Shown here: positions 28,423 through 39,673 of the stretch, in pieces
How the letters are laid out: each line of letters begins with the position of its first letter
Position numbering within the stretch: the stretch's first letter is position 1
Source: an uncultured delta proteobacterium
GTDB lineage: Bacteria; Desulfobacterota; RBG-13-43-22
Length of the DNA: 64,000 nt
Direction: 5' to 3'
Assembly: GCA_963790475.1 (NCBI GenBank)
Contig: CAWBOS010000010.1
Location: forward strand, 1,632,001 to 1,696,000
Notes under the pieces: generated by a model
Databases searched by the model: none
What the model was told of the DNA's origin: nothing
What the model saw: only the letters and a program-made list of their open reading frames with translations
Translations under genes and position numbers: made by a program

Positions 28423-29679
28423 TTACGTCCCCATCTCCCAGGAGGCCAGATATTTTTTCTGCTCGGCGGTCAGGTTGTCTATCTTGATTCCCATCGAGGC
28501 CAGCTTGAGCCGGGCGATTTCCCGGTCGATCTCTTCCGGAACGCCATAAACCATCTTCTTCAAGGTCTTGCCCTTTTGAACCATATATTCGGCACATAAG
28601 GCCTGATTGGCAAAACTCATATCCATCACGCTGGGAGGATGGCCCTCGGCCGCGGCCAGATTAATCAACCGGCCTTCCCCCAGGACATTGATCTTCTTTC
28701 CGCTGTTGAGTGTATATTCTTCCACATATTCCCGAATGAAGCGTCGTTTCTTGCTGATCTGACCCAGGGATTTCAGGTCCAGCTCGACATTAAAATGTCC
28801 CGAATTGGCCACGATGGCCCCGTTTTTCATGGTCAGGAAATGCTCCCTGCGAATCACATTGATATCCCCGGTCAGGGTGACAAGGATATCCCCCACCTTG
28901 GCCGCTTCAGCCACCGGCATCACTCGGAAGCCGTCCATAACCGCTTCCAAGGCCTTGAGGGCATCCACTTCAACAATAATGACATCGGCTCCCATGCCCT
29001 TGGCCCGCATGGCCACACCCCTTCCACACCAGCCGTACCCGCAGATCACAAACTTACTCCCGGCCAGCAGCCGGTTGGTGGCCCGGATAATCCCGTCAAT
29101 CGTGCTTTGTCCGGTACCGTAGCGGTTATCAAAAAGATGTTTGGTCTTGGCGTCGTTGACAGCGACAATCGGATAGGAGAGCACTTTTTTTTCAGCCATG
29201 CTCCGCAGACGGATCACGCCGGTAGTGGTTTCCTCCGTTCCTCCCAGAATCCCTTTAATCAAGCCCCTTTTCTCGGAGTGAATCGTGGACACCAGATCGG
29301 CCCCGTCATCCATGGTCAGATGAGGTTTTATCTCCAGGGCCTGATAGATATGCTTATAATAGGTTTGGCCATCCTCCCCTTTGATGGAAAAGACCTGGAC
29401 TTGGTCTTGTTGAACCAGGGCCGCGGCCACATCATCCTGGGTGCTTAACGGATTGGAGGCACACAAGGCCACTTCCGCCCCTCCGGCCTTCAGGGTTCGG
29501 ATCAGGCCGGCGGTCTCGGTGGTTACATGAAGACAGGCCGCCAGGCGAACCCCCTTCAAGGGTTTTTCTTTAGCAAACCGTTTCCGGATACTTTCCAGGA
29601 CCGGCATACTCTGATTGGCCCATTCGATACGTAAGGCCCCGGAAGCGGCCAGATTTAAATCTTTGACATCGTATTTCAC
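28423..29679 (-). CDS. ahcY: Adenosylhomocysteinase
   Basis: [43 protein letters not shown]. Probable GTG start. Confidence 0.97.
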   Translation of the reverse strand: MKYDVKDLNLAASGALRIEWANQSMPVLESIRKRFAKEKPLKGVRLAACLHVTTETAGLIRTLKAGGAEVALCASNPLSTQDDVAAALVQQDQVQVFSIKGEDGQTYYKHIYQALEIKPHLTMDDGADLVSTIHSEKRGLIKGILGGTEETTTGVIRLRSMAEKKVLSYPIVAVNDAKTKHLFDNRYGTGQSTIDGIIRATNRLLAGSKFVICGYGWCGRGVAMRAKGMGADVIIVEVDALKALEAVMDGFRVMPVAEAAKVGDILVTLTGDINVIRREHFLTMKNGAIVANSGHFNVELDLKSLGQISKKRRFIREYVEEYTLNSGKKINVLGEGRLINLAAAEGHPPSVMDMSFANQALCAEYMVQKGKTLKKMVYGVPEEIDREIARLKLASMGIKIDNLTAEQKKYLASWEMGT

Positions 29680-29825
29680 TTTAAGTTCCTTTCCTTGATA
29701 AAATATGGGTTTAAGGTCCAAGGTATACGGTTAAATAAGGAGCAATATCGGCTTAAGATTTTCCTTGAACCTCCTGCCCCTGCGGGCCTGCAGGCGCAGG
29801 CCTTGAACCTTGAACATCTTTTTGA

Positions 29826-30998
29826 TTATTTCTTCAATCCCGCCCGTTCTCGGAGGATTTCGATTTTATCTGTTTTTTCCCAGGAAAAACCGGGTTCATT
29901 CCTGCCGAAATGGCCGTAGGCAGCGGTTTTCTTATAGATGGGTCTTAACAAATCGAGATAAGAAATCACGTCCGCCGGTTTAAAACTGAAAATCTGTCTT
30001 ATGATCTGATTGATATTGAAGTCCGGGATTTTTCCGGTACCCCGCGTATCCACAAAAATGGAAAGGGGTTCGGCTTTACCGATGGTATATGAAACCTGGA
30101 GTCGGCAGGTATCGGCCAATCCGGCTGCGACCACGTTTTTGGCCACATAACGGGCCATATAGGAGGAACTGCGATCCACCTTCGAGGGATCCTTGCCGGA
30201 AAAGGCCCCGCCGCCATGGCTTCCGCGGCCACCATAGGTGTCGGCAATGATCTTGCGCCCGGTCACACCACAATCCCCCATGGGCCCGCCAACCACAAAA
30301 CGTCCGGTGGTGTTTATAAAATATTGGGTTTTTTTGGTCAGGAGCTTGGGCGGAATGACCTTTTTGATGACCGTTTCAATAATACCTTCCTGTAATTTTT
30401 TGTAACTTATATCGGGATTGTGCTGGGCGGCAATGACCACGGCCGGTATGGATACCGGCTTCCCATTTTGATATTCCACGGTCACCTGGGTTTTGCCGTC
30501 CGGCCGCAGAAAATTAAGGATTTTCTTTTTCCGAACCTCAGCCAGTCGTTTGGCCAAAAGATGGGCATACCAGATGGGCATGGGCATAAAATCTTTGGTC
30601 TCCGTGCAGGCATAGCCGAACATCATCCCCTGATCCCCGGCCCCTTGTTCTTTTTTCTCTCCCAGGTTGTTGACCCCCTGGGCAATGTCCGGAGATTGTT
30701 TGTCGATAGTGGTCAGGACCGCACAGGTTTCCCAATCAAATCCCATGGAAGAATCGTTATACCCGATTTCCTTGATGGTCTGGCGAACGATCTTGGGCAT
30801 ATCCGCATAGCAAGAGGTGGTGATCTCTCCGGCGATCAAAGCCAGGCCGGTGGTGACCATGGTCTCACAGGCCACCCGCCCTTTGGGATCTTCGGCCAAA
30901 ATAGCATCCAAAATAGCATCAGAAATCTGATCGGCCACCTTGTCCGGATGCCCTTCGGTAACCGACTCCGAGGTAAAAAAATAATTCGAACTGCTCAT
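29826..30998 (-). CDS. metK: S-adenosylmethionine synthetase
   Basis: [36 protein letters not shown]. Confidence 0.98.
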   Translation of the reverse strand: MSSSNYFFTSESVTEGHPDKVADQISDAILDAILAEDPKGRVACETMVTTGLALIAGEITTSCYADMPKIVRQTIKEIGYNDSSMGFDWETCAVLTTIDKQSPDIAQGVNNLGEKKEQGAGDQGMMFGYACTETKDFMPMPIWYAHLLAKRLAEVRKKKILNFLRPDGKTQVTVEYQNGKPVSIPAVVIAAQHNPDISYKKLQEGIIETVIKKVIPPKLLTKKTQYFINTTGRFVVGGPMGDCGVTGRKIIADTYGGRGSHGGGAFSGKDPSKVDRSSSYMARYVAKNVVAAGLADTCRLQVSYTIGKAEPLSIFVDTRGTGKIPDFNINQIIRQIFSFKPADVISYLDLLRPIYKKTAAYGHFGRNEPGFSWEKTDKIEILRERAGLKK

Positions 30999-31150
30999 AT
31001 GCAGGTCCTCCTTTTGAAAAATTTCCTTATAATAAACATCGTCTGCTTTTTGTCAAGCGAATAATGTCCAATAGTCAAGAGAATCAAACCCTTTTGCCCT
31101 AACCATTCCCCAATTCCCGGCAATCCTCAAGAATCCATCCGGAGTCTTTT

Positions 31151-31789
31151 CTAAGACCTCTTTTTTTGAACCAGCTTGACTATCCATTCGATAATCGTCG
31201 GAAAATCGACCATGCTGGAATCAACGGAAAGATGAAAGTTTCGGGCATCCAGCCAATCCACTCCGGCCATATCCCGGACAAATTTGGCCTTGGCATGGTC
31301 CGATTCTTTGACTCTGGCCTGTACTTCCTGCTGGTCGGCTGTCTTTTGACCCTCCATTATTCGTCTGACACGAAACGGCCGTGGGGCATGGATTAAGACC
31401 CTGATCACCTCAGGTCGGTCTTTCAGGGCATAGAATCCTCCTCGTCCCAGGATAACGGCATTATACCGTTCGGCAATCTCGTTCATGATTTTGCCTTCCA
31501 CGGTGAACAATTCCTTATGGTCAACCGGCCGCCTCTGGGGAAGAGGAACGGAAATTTCCGGTATGCCGAAAGAGAATCCTTTCATAAGCGTCTCCAGGAA
31601 GGTCGCCGATCTTTCATCGAGGTATTGAAGGGCTCCGGGGTCCGTCCCCAGACGGTCTGCGGCCTGTCGCAGGATTTCCCTATCGACATATTGGAAACCG
31701 AGTTCTTTGGCCACCGAATACCCGATAAAAGAACCGCCGCTCCCCATCTGTCTCGACAAGGTTATGGTCATAGGTTTTTTTTCCGCCAT
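31151..31789 (-). CDS. Cytidylate kinase-like family protein
   Basis: ITLSRQMGSGG, VILGRGG. Confidence 0.85.
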   Translation of the reverse strand: MAEKKPMTITLSRQMGSGGSFIGYSVAKELGFQYVDREILRQAADRLGTDPGALQYLDERSATFLETLMKGFSFGIPEISVPLPQRRPVDHKELFTVEGKIMNEIAERYNAVILGRGGFYALKDRPEVIRVLIHAPRPFRVRRIMEGQKTADQQEVQARVKESDHAKAKFVRDMAGVDWLDARNFHLSVDSSMVDFPTIIEWIVKLVQKKRS

Positions 31790-31856
31790 AGATCCTCCCT
31801 CTTTGCTAAACGTTTCACAACGACATACCGGTTATTGGCCGATATCTCTAAGGACA

Positions 31857-33401
31857 TCATTCAAAAGTTGACAATCGGTCATCCTTAATGAATAGGGCCA
31901 GAGGAACGGAGACAAAAAAAAGTATGGAGACCAGGAAGTAAACGTGATTAAAGGAAAGCATACTCGCTTGTCTTAAAACGATTCCCCCTATAGCCTTGGC
32001 AGCCCTGTTATCCGCACCCACCTGGTCAAAGCCTTGAGCGTAAAAATAGGATGAGAATTTTAGCAATAATTCGGAAGTGACATCTCTATAAACATTTACC
32101 TTCTCCACCAGCACCGACCTATACCAGATTTCTCCCCGGCTCAGTAGGGTCGCGGCGGCGGCGATGCCGATACTTCCGAATACCTGCCGAATGACCGTGT
32201 AAAGTCCGGTAGCGGCAGGCAAGAGCGGTTTTTCGATAGTGGACAAGGCCGCCGTGCTTAAAGAGGTAAATATGAGCCCGAAACCGGCTCCCTGTAGAAA
32301 CTGGGGGAAAAATATATCCCAATATCCGACCGAAAGGGAGAGGCGCGAAAACTGGTAGAAGGAAACACCGGTCATAAAGAGTCCCACCCCTATCAGCCAT
32401 CTCGGCCCCGTCTTGTTATAGAGTCGGCCGCCAACCGGCATGGCGATGAGCATGGCAATGCTTCTCGGCAACACCATCAGGCCCGAATCAAAAGCGGGAT
32501 AATTAAGGAGTTGCTGTAAAAAGAGTGGGAGGGTGAAAAGACCCCCCATCAGGCCCATGCCCAGGAGACCTCCGAGAAAGGTTCCTGTGCTGAAATTGAT
32601 ATCCTTCAAGATTCGTAGATTAACCGCCGGTTTATCGGTAGTCAATTCCCGCCAGATAAACAACAGAAAACCTATGATGGAGGCCGCTGCCAGATATTTA
32701 ATTAAATTGGATGAAAACCAATTTTCCAGATTGCCTTTTTCCAAGAATATCTGAAAGGCCCCCAGACCCAAGGCCATGAACATCAAGCCCGCAAAATCCA
32801 TCTTCCCTTTTTCCTTGACCAGATAAGGCGGATCTTTAATGTACCGTAGAACTAAAAGGATGTTGATGATTCCTATGGGAACGTTGATATAAAAGACCCA
32901 GGGCCAGGAATAATTATCGGTAATCCATCCTCCCAGGGTAGGGGCCAATGCCGGACCTAACATAACACCAAACCCATAAACGCCCATGGCCTTGGCCTGC
33001 TCTTCGGGGGGGAAGGTTTCTCTCAATACCGCCATGGCCGTGGGTATGAGGGCGCCGCCGCCTATTCCCTGAATAAGACGAAAGACGATTAAGGAGTTCA
33101 AATTCCAGGCCAGTCCGCAAAGCATGGAAGAAATGGTAAAAAGAAATACGGAAATGTTCAGGAAACGCTTTCGTCCTAACCGGGAGCTGAGCATGGCCAC
33201 AATGGGCATGATGATGACGCTGGAGAGAATATAACCGGTCGCCACCCAGGATATCTCCTCCACGGAGGCGCTGACCGACGCCCTTATGTGGGGAAGGGCG
33301 ACATTGACGATGCTGCCGTCCATGGCCGCCATAATAGTACCGGTCATGACCGTTATGGCGATCATCCACTTGTTAACCGGGCTTTCGTGTTGTTCGTCCA
33401 C
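31857..33401 (-). CDS. emrB: DHA2 (EmrB/QacA) MFS efflux permease
   Basis: D.SIVNVALP, WPWVFYINVPIG, about 14 TM segments. Confidence 0.9.
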   Translation of the reverse strand: MDEQHESPVNKWMIAITVMTGTIMAAMDGSIVNVALPHIRASVSASVEEISWVATGYILSSVIIMPIVAMLSSRLGRKRFLNISVFLFTISSMLCGLAWNLNSLIVFRLIQGIGGGALIPTAMAVLRETFPPEEQAKAMGVYGFGVMLGPALAPTLGGWITDNYSWPWVFYINVPIGIINILLVLRYIKDPPYLVKEKGKMDFAGLMFMALGLGAFQIFLEKGNLENWFSSNLIKYLAAASIIGFLLFIWRELTTDKPAVNLRILKDINFSTGTFLGGLLGMGLMGGLFTLPLFLQQLLNYPAFDSGLMVLPRSIAMLIAMPVGGRLYNKTGPRWLIGVGLFMTGVSFYQFSRLSLSVGYWDIFFPQFLQGAGFGLIFTSLSTAALSTIEKPLLPAATGLYTVIRQVFGSIGIAAAATLLSRGEIWYRSVLVEKVNVYRDVTSELLLKFSSYFYAQGFDQVGADNRAAKAIGGIVLRQASMLSFNHVYFLVSILFFVSVPLALFIKDDRLSTFE

Positions 33402-33408
33402 GGGACCT

Positions 33409-34455
33409 CTATTTGGCAGAGAGTTTGGACCCGGTGGGACGGCTCACGTCTACGTCGGGAACAACGGACATACCGGGCCATAAGGGATGGTCCGGGTCAA
33501 AAGGGGTATCGATAGTGATTTTCACCGGGATACGTTGTACAACCTTGATGAAATTACCGGTGGCGTTCTCCGGAGGAAGCAGGCTGAAGACTGAACCCGT
33601 GCCCGGTTGGAGGCTGTCGATATGTCCTTTGAACACCTTGCCGGGATAGGCGTCGACTTTTATCTCGACCGGCTGGCCCACCGTCATTTTCTTGATTTGA
33701 GTTTCCTTGAAATTGGCCACGATCCAGGGATTCTCTTTGACGATGGAAAACAAGCTCTGACCTGGTTGAACATATTTTCCGACATCAATATTCTTCATCG
33801 CGATAATTCCCGAGATGGGGGCGGCAACCACCGTTTTTGAGAGATCCAGGTGGGCCCTATCCCTGGCGATTTTCGCCTCTTTGATCCTGTAATTCTGGGT
33901 GTTCAAGCGGGCTTCCAGCGTTTTTACCCCGGTCTCTGCTCCTTCCACTGCCGCCGCAGCCGCTTCTTTCCGGGCACTGGCCACATTCAAAACCGACTCC
34001 GCGTGTTCATATTGACTGGTAGTGACCAATCCTTCTTTATACAGATTTTTGCTTCGTTCCAATTCTTTATTAGCCAGGATTTCTTCGGCCGAAATGGCAT
34101 TCAAACCGGCCCGGGCTTGTAAAAGACCCTTCTTCTTTTCCTCCACAGAAGCTTGGATTTCGCTTTCTTCCGAGTTTAAGCGGGAAATGTTTTCCTTCCT
34201 TTCTTGAAATACCGAGGAGAAATCATCAGGGGCAATTTCGAGCAAAGGCATTCCGGCTTCAACCGATTGGTTATCTTTAAAATTGATTTTGACCACCCGC
34301 CCCTTGACCTCTGCGGCAATGGGGACAATAGTCCCGGCTACATAGGCATCCTCCACCTCTTCATGAGAAAGAGAACGGATAAAATAGGCGGCCAGATAAA
34401 TGCCCCCGGCCAAAACTACCAAAACGACTAATCCTCTGAATCCCCATTTCTTCAT
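33409..34455 (-). CDS. emrA: HlyD/EmrA membrane fusion protein
   Basis: ANFKETQ, FSLLPPENATGNFIKVVQRIPV. Confidence 0.92.
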   Translation of the reverse strand: MKKWGFRGLVVLVVLAGGIYLAAYFIRSLSHEEVEDAYVAGTIVPIAAEVKGRVVKINFKDNQSVEAGMPLLEIAPDDFSSVFQERKENISRLNSEESEIQASVEEKKKGLLQARAGLNAISAEEILANKELERSKNLYKEGLVTTSQYEHAESVLNVASARKEAAAAAVEGAETGVKTLEARLNTQNYRIKEAKIARDRAHLDLSKTVVAAPISGIIAMKNIDVGKYVQPGQSLFSIVKENPWIVANFKETQIKKMTVGQPVEIKVDAYPGKVFKGHIDSLQPGTGSVFSLLPPENATGNFIKVVQRIPVKITIDTPFDPDHPLWPGMSVVPDVDVSRPTGSKLSAK

Positions 34456-34799
34456 GAGCGTTTTCGTACCCTCCCAAGCATTTCAAGGGACCTTGTCCCG
34501 GATGGTTAGTATAGGTCCGCTTCTTTACAATTTATTCAGTTTATTATTCAGCCCCTTGACTAAAGTTATATATTTTATCAGGCTTGAGTTTATTTATCCA
34601 CAGTTAATTTTATCGTTAATTTTATCGTTTTCAAACCAGGTTTTTTTTAACCCCTTTGAGGAAAATTCGCCTGAGATTTTAAACATATTAACCTTTGGTA
34701 AAACTTATCTTGATATCTGGATAGCTGTGATATATACAGTCTAGTAAAACAAGTCAGGCAAACATTTTTTTCAACTTTTCTGTAGAAAGGAGATTTAAA

Positions 34800-36518
34800 A
34801 TGGAAGCAAGGACCTATCCTGAGTACAGCACCAATTACCCTCTGCTCCTCACCACCTTTATGAAAAGGCCGGTTAGAGTCTATCCTAATGAGATCGGGAT
34901 CGTTTACCGCAACCAGTTCACGGCTGAATATCAGCGATTCACCTGGGGCGCATGGTATAAACGGACCTGTAAATTAGCCAATGCCCTCAAAAAGCTGGGT
35001 ATCAAATCCGGAAAGCCGGGGGAACCCGGCGATCGGGTCGGTACCATGGCCCTGAATACCCACCGTCATATGGAACTTTATTATGCCGTCCCCTGCTCCG
35101 GGGCCATGCTCCATCCCATCAATGTCCGGCTGGCTCTGGAACATATCATCTATACCATCAACCATGCCGAGGATACGGCCATTTTCTTCGATGATATTCT
35201 CCTGCCCATGGTGGAAGGCATCTATGACCAGATTAAGGGCAAAGTGAAAATTTTTGTTTATATGTCCGATAAAAGAGGGCTGCCTCAAAGCAAGATCGAA
35301 AACCTTTATGAATACGAAGCCCTGCTGGAAGCGGAACCGGACACATACGAGTGGCCCCATCTTCATGAGGACACTTATGCCACCCTGTGCTATACCACAG
35401 CTACCACCGGTCTTCCCAAAGGAGCTATGTTTACTCACCGGGCCCTTTATCTGCAAACGATTCACCTAATGGCCATGACCTCAATCAACAATGATCCCAG
35501 CACGGTGTATGTTGGAGAAAACGGGGTGCCCATGATGACCACACCCCTCTTCCATATCCATGCCTGGTGCCAGCCTTTTGCCTATGTCTTCAGTGCCCAG
35601 AAAATCGTCTTGCCGGGAATGTTCACGGTAGATGGTTTTTGCGATCTGGTTCAAACCGAAAAGGTAACCAGCGTGGCGGTTGTGCCGACTATTTTGGCTC
35701 TAATTCTGGAGTATAAAGATATCGACAAGTACGATCTGAGCAGTCTGAAGTCCGTGGGGGTAGGCGGCGGGGCCCTGCCTTTGGGTTTGAAGTCCAAGGT
35801 CGAGAAACGGATTCCGGGATTCAGTGCCGCTTCCGGATACGGTATGACCGAAACGGCCCCGGTGACCATAACGGCTTTTGTTAAGAAATATATGAGAGAT
35901 TGGCCCAAGGAGAAACTGGATGAAGTTAAGGTAAAAACAGGACTTCCCGTGCTTGGGCTGGAAGTCGATGTGGTAGATGATAAAGGAAAACCTGTACCGC
36001 ATAACAACAGCACCATCGGCGAAATCATTATTCGCGGCCCCTGGGTTATGGAACGGTATTATAAAAATCCGGAAAAAACAGCCGAAGTCTGGCATGACAA
36101 CTGGTTTCACACCGGAGACATGGCCACGGTGGATGAAGAGGATTTCGTCGTCATCGCCGACCGGATGTCCGACGTGATCCGCAGCGGCTCGGAAATGGTC
36201 CCGACTGTCCTGCTGGAAAACCTGGCCGGCATGGCCGATTTTGTCCTGGAGGCCACCATCGTGGGGGTTCCCGATGAGGTTTGGGGGGAAATCCCCATGG
36301 CTCTGGTCAAACTGGTCCCCGGTTCCAAGGCCACCGAAGATGACTTTATTAAATTTCTGGAGGCTGAAGGTGTGGCCAAGGGTAAAATCACCAAGTGGAT
36401 GCTGCCCAAGCTGGTGGCCATTGTCGATGATGTGCCCAAGACCAGCGTGGGAAAATACAACAAACGGGATATCAAAAATAATGTGAAAACCTACCTGGAA
36501 AAAGCCAAGAGGATGTAA
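34800..36518 (+). CDS. Medium/long-chain acyl-CoA ligase
   Basis: YTTATTGLPKG, YGMTET, WFHTGD, PKTSVGK. Confidence 0.9.
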   Translation: MEARTYPEYSTNYPLLLTTFMKRPVRVYPNEIGIVYRNQFTAEYQRFTWGAWYKRTCKLANALKKLGIKSGKPGEPGDRVGTMALNTHRHMELYYAVPCSGAMLHPINVRLALEHIIYTINHAEDTAIFFDDILLPMVEGIYDQIKGKVKIFVYMSDKRGLPQSKIENLYEYEALLEAEPDTYEWPHLHEDTYATLCYTTATTGLPKGAMFTHRALYLQTIHLMAMTSINNDPSTVYVGENGVPMMTTPLFHIHAWCQPFAYVFSAQKIVLPGMFTVDGFCDLVQTEKVTSVAVVPTILALILEYKDIDKYDLSSLKSVGVGGGALPLGLKSKVEKRIPGFSAASGYGMTETAPVTITAFVKKYMRDWPKEKLDEVKVKTGLPVLGLEVDVVDDKGKPVPHNNSTIGEIIIRGPWVMERYYKNPEKTAEVWHDNWFHTGDMATVDEEDFVVIADRMSDVIRSGSEMVPTVLLENLAGMADFVLEATIVGVPDEVWGEIPMALVKLVPGSKATEDDFIKFLEAEGVAKGKITKWMLPKLVAIVDDVPKTSVGKYNKRDIKNNVKTYLEKAKRM

Positions 36519-36690
36519 AGAAGGAGCAAACTTAAAACTTCATTTGAAGTTGAGCCATTATCCTTCTTAACCTTTTTTAATGAGACTTCCAGTCCTTGAG
36601 CGCCAAGAATTTTCTCCTGGCGTTCAAGGACTTGTTAAAATTCTCTATTCCTGTCACTAAATTCATATCATTTCAAATGAGTGGTAAGGC

Positions 36691-37581
36691 TCAGACCACC
36701 ACCAGCCAAACCCCAACCACACTTACAATAACCCCAATAATGGCAAACCTCCTCGGTTTTTCCCCGAGGATGAAGATAGCAAAAGGCAAGGCAAAGAGAG
36801 GGGCGACAGCAGTCAAAAGCACAGTTTTCCCTGCACCGATCAGTTGAATCGCCGATATGTATCCCACGGCGGCCACCCCGTAGGTGAGCAGACCGGCGGA
36901 AGCAACCAGGATCAGATTTTTTCTGCCAATCTGCCTAAACGATGTTTTTCCCTTTTTCGGACCTGAATGAAATAAAAATAATAAAACAATCGCCGAAGTG
37001 GAAATCCTGAGTCCTGCGGCAACAAAGGGATCGACTCCGGTCACACCGATTTTCAACAGGATCGTTGCCCCGGTCCAGGTCACGATGGCGATCAGTATGA
37101 AAAGCAGGCCCTTGGGGTTGATCCGTTTTTTATCCCTTGAGTTGCCTCCCTGCCCCCTGGATGAAGTCATCAAGTAAATGCCCAGGACCACCAAAACGGC
37201 CCCGGTTATGGTAATCCAGGTAAACTGTTCGCCTAAGAATAAAATTGCCGATAGGACCGCCAAAAGGACAAAAGCGCACTGGGAAAGAGGGAAGGCGATA
37301 GAGATATCCAAAAGGGCCACACTTTTGATATAGATCGTATCCCCGATGGCCATGGCCAATACGCCGGAAATGACCACATAGACCAAAGATCCCCAGGGAA
37401 TATGGGAAAAAGCTTCGTATCTGCCTGTAACTATAATCAATAATATGAGCAGTGCCGAACCGACCCAGGTGCGAAGGGTGTTGATGACCAGTGAATCGAT
37501 CTTATCGGCCACCAGTTTAACACAGATACTGCTGATCGACCAGGCCAGCGACGTCAGCAGCGCGATACCCGCTCCAAGCAT
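36691..37581 (-). CDS. DMT/EamA transporter
   Basis: Two EamA repeats ending in LGE. Confidence 0.88.
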   Translation of the reverse strand: MLGAGIALLTSLAWSISSICVKLVADKIDSLVINTLRTWVGSALLILLIIVTGRYEAFSHIPWGSLVYVVISGVLAMAIGDTIYIKSVALLDISIAFPLSQCAFVLLAVLSAILFLGEQFTWITITGAVLVVLGIYLMTSSRGQGGNSRDKKRINPKGLLFILIAIVTWTGATILLKIGVTGVDPFVAAGLRISTSAIVLLFLFHSGPKKGKTSFRQIGRKNLILVASAGLLTYGVAAVGYISAIQLIGAGKTVLLTAVAPLFALPFAIFILGEKPRRFAIIGVIVSVVGVWLVVV

Positions 37582-37719
37582 AGCTTTCTCCGCACCTGCC
37601 CTAATAGTGAAATACGATTGCTCTTAAAGCCTGCCTACCAGGGGATAATCCTTAGATCGGGCCGGCAGGCCATTCACCGCTTGGCTTTCCGCAAATAAAT
37701 ATCCTCTGTAATCTGCTTC

Positions 37720-38316
37720 TTATTCGTGAATTAACTGAAGCCCAATCCGGTCCCAGGTCGCACATCTTTCAATTTTATCAAAAATAGACTGGGCTCTATT
37801 CCAGGGACGATCAAATAAGGCAACCCTGGTGTCCATGGTTTGAGATATATATTCAGCCATGGACAGAGAGTCTTCCACAGCCAGACCAAATTTCATGGAC
37901 GAAAGGTCATTCATTGAAATAGCGATCCTGTGATCTGTGTCCGGTCTGGAATATTTATCCACCATGATGAAAGAATCGTAGGGAACCTTATGCGAAGAAA
38001 GCCATTCCAATGAGGTCTCATAAGTGGAAGTTAAACGACCGGTCACTATGGCGATTTCATACCCCTGGGCGGCCCAATTCTTTAAAACTTCTATTGCCCC
38101 ATCAACGGGGTCTAATCCCAGTATTTCTTCCGGCCGGTGAATGAGCTCAAAAAAATAATCATATTCTTCCTGACTAAGCCCAAAAGCTTCCTGGAAATTG
38201 AAGGAGGTAATTTGCTCTAATCCGACCTCCCTTCCATATTCCCTTTTTAACAGTTTGCTGGACGCCAGAGTCGTTTCCGACAAAACATCATCCAGGTCGA
38301 CATAAATGGGTAACAT
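37720..38316 (-). CDS. HAD 5'(3')-deoxyribonucleotidase (NT5C) family
   Basis: DLDDVL, VTGR, VED, FDRPWN. Confidence 0.8.
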   Translation of the reverse strand: MLPIYVDLDDVLSETTLASSKLLKREYGREVGLEQITSFNFQEAFGLSQEEYDYFFELIHRPEEILGLDPVDGAIEVLKNWAAQGYEIAIVTGRLTSTYETSLEWLSSHKVPYDSFIMVDKYSRPDTDHRIAISMNDLSSMKFGLAVEDSLSMAEYISQTMDTRVALFDRPWNRAQSIFDKIERCATWDRIGLQLIHE

Positions 38317-38393
38317 AAAAAGACTCCAATTTGTTTTCTCTATTAGGGGAATTGAACGATAATGACTTCGAAGGCACAGTATTCCGAATTTAT

Positions 38394-38669
38394 TTATAGA
38401 TGCCCTTTAAGATGATCGCCTTTATAGATATTCTTACGATGACCGATTCTGAGGATTAAGACATCGTTACCTAATAAAGCGTAAATGACCCGACAGTCCC
38501 CTACTCGAAATTTACGTAGCCCGGCAAATGGTCCTTTGAGGACCGGATTGAATTCGGCTTTTCTCACAAGCTCCCGTTCAATCCGGTCAAGGAGACGACC
38601 GGCCTCCGCTCTGGACAGCTTTTTTAAATCACGATGAACTGACTCTTTGTAAACGATATTATAAGCCAG
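38394..38669 (-). CDS. RelE/ParE toxin with CTG start (not in ORF track)
   Basis: AYNIVYKESVHRDLKKL...LKGPFAGLRKFRVGDCRVIY...ILRIGHRKNIY. Overlaps the antitoxin end. Confidence 0.75.
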   Translation of the reverse strand: MAYNIVYKESVHRDLKKLSRAEAGRLLDRIERELVRKAEFNPVLKGPFAGLRKFRVGDCRVIYALLGNDVLILRIGHRKNIYKGDHLKGHL

Positions 38670-38877
38670 GAGATTTCCTCAGCTCTTTGCCGGACACAAC
38701 AGGATCTGTTTTATCATGGAGCCGATCGAGGGCAATCTGCAGGTCTGCGTAATCTTCTATGTAGGATTCTAACGCTTTCTGAATAATGAAAGAACGGGGT
38801 CTCTCTGTTTCCTTGGCCATGTTGTCCAATCGTTCGGAAAGTTCCTTGGGCAGTCTGACTGACAGGGCTGTACTCAT
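38659..38877 (-). CDS. Ribbon-helix-helix (CopG/RelB-like) antitoxin
   Basis: LSVRLP.EL..RLD..A..T.R.RSFII..ALE.Y. Confidence 0.88.
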   Translation of the reverse strand: MSTALSVRLPKELSERLDNMAKETERPRSFIIQKALESYIEDYADLQIALDRLHDKTDPVVSGKELRKSPGL

Positions 38878-39032
38878 GAAGTGCCTCCTGGTTCATTTGT
38901 ATTACAATGTAGTTAGTCGCAACTTAAGTCAAGCATATTTGGAAATGAAATTCAATCCGAGAGGAATCGTTTAAAAATTGAAGATTATCGGCAAAGCAAA
39001 AGTGACAGAATGTTCAGGACTGGTAAAGGCCA

Positions 39033-39272
39033 TTACCCCCCATTCAGGGCCTGAAATATCAGGACCTGTGATCCGGGGGTCAGCCGTTCGTCCTTCGGTA
39101 AAATCCGGCTGTCCATCAATACCGTTCCACCCCGTTCGTCAGAAATATTCAGACGGGCCAAAAGGTCGGCAACCTTCGACCCTTCGGGCAGGTCCACTTC
39201 AAGACCTTTCTCAAAATCGTAATCGGAAAAAAGGTCACTCAAAGTCCCAAATAATTTAACAGTGATTCTCAT
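39033..39272 (-). CDS. MoaD/ThiS sulfur-carrier protein
   Basis: MRITVKLFGTL...C-terminal GG. True start probably ATG 39272. Confidence 0.85.
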   Translation of the reverse strand: MRITVKLFGTLSDLFSDYDFEKGLEVDLPEGSKVADLLARLNISDERGGTVLMDSRILPKDERLTPGSQVLIFQALNGG

Positions 39273-39327
39273 CAGGAAAAAGTTTGCACTATGGATATGG
39301 TAACGTTTTAGCTGTTTAATATATGCC

Positions 39328-39515
39328 TTTTGCGACAGATCCACGGCGACATCTTCAGACTTTCTTCCGGGCGGACCCCCTATGGATACCCTACGGGGCC
39401 GGCTTTCGCCTGGAAAAACTTGCTCACACGCACGGGCCGGCAAGGTACTGATTGACAGGTCGTCAATCAGTACCATTCTTCTGTCTGTCTTGGTCTGCCT
39501 TCGTCCGTTGCAAAA
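39328..39515 (-). ncRNA. Candidate structured RNA / 5' leader (~185 nt)
   Basis: 5' and 3' ends pair in an interrupted stem, with a 13-bp internal hairpin. Begins right after a consensus promoter. Confidence 0.45.
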
Positions 39516-39519
39516 ATAA

Positions 39520-39548
39520 AGTGTATAAGGGGACTAACCAAATGTCAA
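39520..39548 (-). promoter_or_regulatory. Sigma70 promoter TTGACA-17-TACACT
   Basis: Direct match on the minus strand. Confidence 0.75.
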
Positions 39549-39673
39549 AATATATGATACGATCCTATTTATTTCTGAGTTCCTTTTCAAGAATCGCTTG
39601 ACTTATGCCTGAGATTAGGTAATATTATGTTACTATCATAAATGCATACTATCCTTGAGAAAAAGGAGTCAAC

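Noticed and set aside
29700-29820. CCTTGAA heptamer repeats and N-terminal extension of ahcY
   Set aside because: Common intergenic repeat. The real start is more likely GTG 29679.
31000-31150. SAM/SAH riboswitch upstream of metK-ahcY
   Set aside because: No recognisable consensus in the short intergenic region.
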